This document shows positions 13,363-64,000 of a stretch of DNA of 64,000 nt, piece after piece. Numbering within the stretch: the first letter of the stretch is position 1; every line of letters starts with the position of its first letter. Position numbers and translations under genes: made by a program. The stretch is from Octopus vulgaris. Lineage: Eukaryota. The notes below the pieces were generated by a model. That model was not told the DNA's origin. It saw nothing but the letters and a program-made list of their open reading frames with translations, and did no database searches. Where the stretch lies: positions 95,976,001-96,040,000 of the forward strand of contig OX597814.1 in assembly GCA_951406725.2 (NCBI GenBank), read 5' to 3'.

Positions 13363-13520
13363 AATATATATGCCAAACTTTCGTACAGTTACTGTCCATC
13401 AAATTTACCCACAAGGCATTGGTAGGTCCGGGGCTATAGCAGAAGACTCTTGCCCAAGGTGCAGCGCAAGGGGACTGAACTCGAAATCACATGGTTGCAA
13501 ATCCAACTTCTTCATGACAC
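13150..13520 (-). mobile_element. Second tRNA-derived SINE family (copies also 21247-21670 +, 29737 +, 36325 -, 48550-48930 -, 63913-64000 +)
   Basis: gtggctgtgtggtaagtagcttgct...ccacatggttccgggttcagtccc head and internal (CA)n. Confidence 0.75.
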
Positions 13521-14289
13521 TATATTTACACACGCATACGCGCGCGCACATAAACACACGCGCACACATACATACGAAAATACACACACGCACACGCAAA
13601 TGCACAGATCCACACACACACAAATCCACACACACACTCACACACACATACACAAATACACACACACAAATACACATACACACACACACACATGCACGCA
13701 CGCACGAACTCACACATATAAGCTTATTCATCTTTGTTATGTTTCAATTATATTATTTACGTAGGATTATAAATGCGTTGTACCTTTTTTTTTATGTCTT
13801 AGTGTCTCGTGTCTCGTATGCTGAAGATAAGATTGGGCAATTGCTGTGCTAAGGACATCTATTGAGGCAGAAATAATTACCCAACAGCTGTCTGTCTTCA
13901 GACAAGTAGACCACCTTTTCCTGAATAGCACGGCCAGTTTGGAGAATTTTTGATTCTTTAGATAATCTCGCTTTCTCATTTGGAGTTGGTACTAATTGCT
14001 TTCAAGGAATTGGTCTACCTATTTTGAAAGCAGAGATAATTTCAATGAATTAAAAATTTATCTTGTATGTTATATAATATATCCTTATTCGCCTCTATTA
14101 TATATGTACTCACACACACACACACACAGACGCACGCACATACACACATGTATGTATTGAGTATTGCTTAAATATTGTATTGCTTAAATATAGCCAATTA
14201 GTTGATTGGGATACTTTTACGTGTTGTATATGATTAGAATATTTTTGAAATCCTAAACAAAATTTAAGGAAAGAAACATGTTTTCAGAT

Positions 14290-63492
<49,203 letters not shown>

Positions 63493-64000
63493 GTAAGTAT
63501 AATTAGATCTGTTATAGATTACATTAATTGCTGATGTGATGGATTTAAGTTTTGGCTAGAAACTTAATATAAAGCAGTGACTAGAATTATATTTAAATAC
63601 ATTTTCACTGTATACCAAAGTTACTTTGATAATTTACTGTGATGTTTGATGATGCTCATATTATAACAATGACTATTAGTTGCACATTTGAAATGATTCA
63701 TTCTAAATAAAGAAAATCTATGTACATACTCTTTCCTTGGAATGCAACTGCTGAGGTAGCAGCTCTCGTCAATAATCTGATTGAGGTTCATTGTTAAAAG
63801 TATTAGATCTCTGCAAATTATGGTTAGAAAAATTTGAACCATGTTTAAAGAAGTGTAAATATTCCACTGTCTTATATAGTTATCTGTTCTCAGTTAATTT
63901 ATTTGAAAAATAAGTGGCTGTGTGGTAAGTAGCTTGCTATCCAACCACATGGTTCCGGGTTCAGTCCCACCGCGTGGCACCTAAGGCAAGTGTCTTCTGC

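Noticed and set aside
13803-14064. Possible upstream 5'-UTR exon of the ABCB1-like gene
   Set aside because: Plausible AG/GT, but stops in the required frame and no other support; needs transcript data.

Overview
AT-rich, repeat-dense animal genomic DNA. The tRNA-derived SINE families, microsatellite load and LINE types point to an octopus/coleoid cephalopod (inference). The one host gene I can support is the 5' ~700 codons of a full-size ABCB1/P-glycoprotein-like transporter on the + strand. I traced it by hand as 16 phase-compatible GT-AG exons (14290-63492) covering TMD1, an intact NBD1, the linker (including a 25-nt microexon) and the start of TMD2; the gene runs off the right end. Introns and upstream DNA are packed with SINEs, Penelope-like elements (PLEs), R4/Dong, RTE, Hero-like and CR1-group LINEs, Helitrons, mariner/pogo remnants and MITEs. 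The most notable hidden layer is self-cleaving-RNA-like motifs. About 13 minimal type-I hammerhead-like motifs are present, several tied to PLE ends and including compensatory G3:C8 and A3:U8 core variants and inverted pairs. There is also a twister-like fold upstream of an R4/Dong remnant, whose catalytic loop appears duplicated as the TSD of a SINE array. All folds were read by eye and none was computed or tested. Most short ORFs in the track are microsatellite or SINE artefacts.
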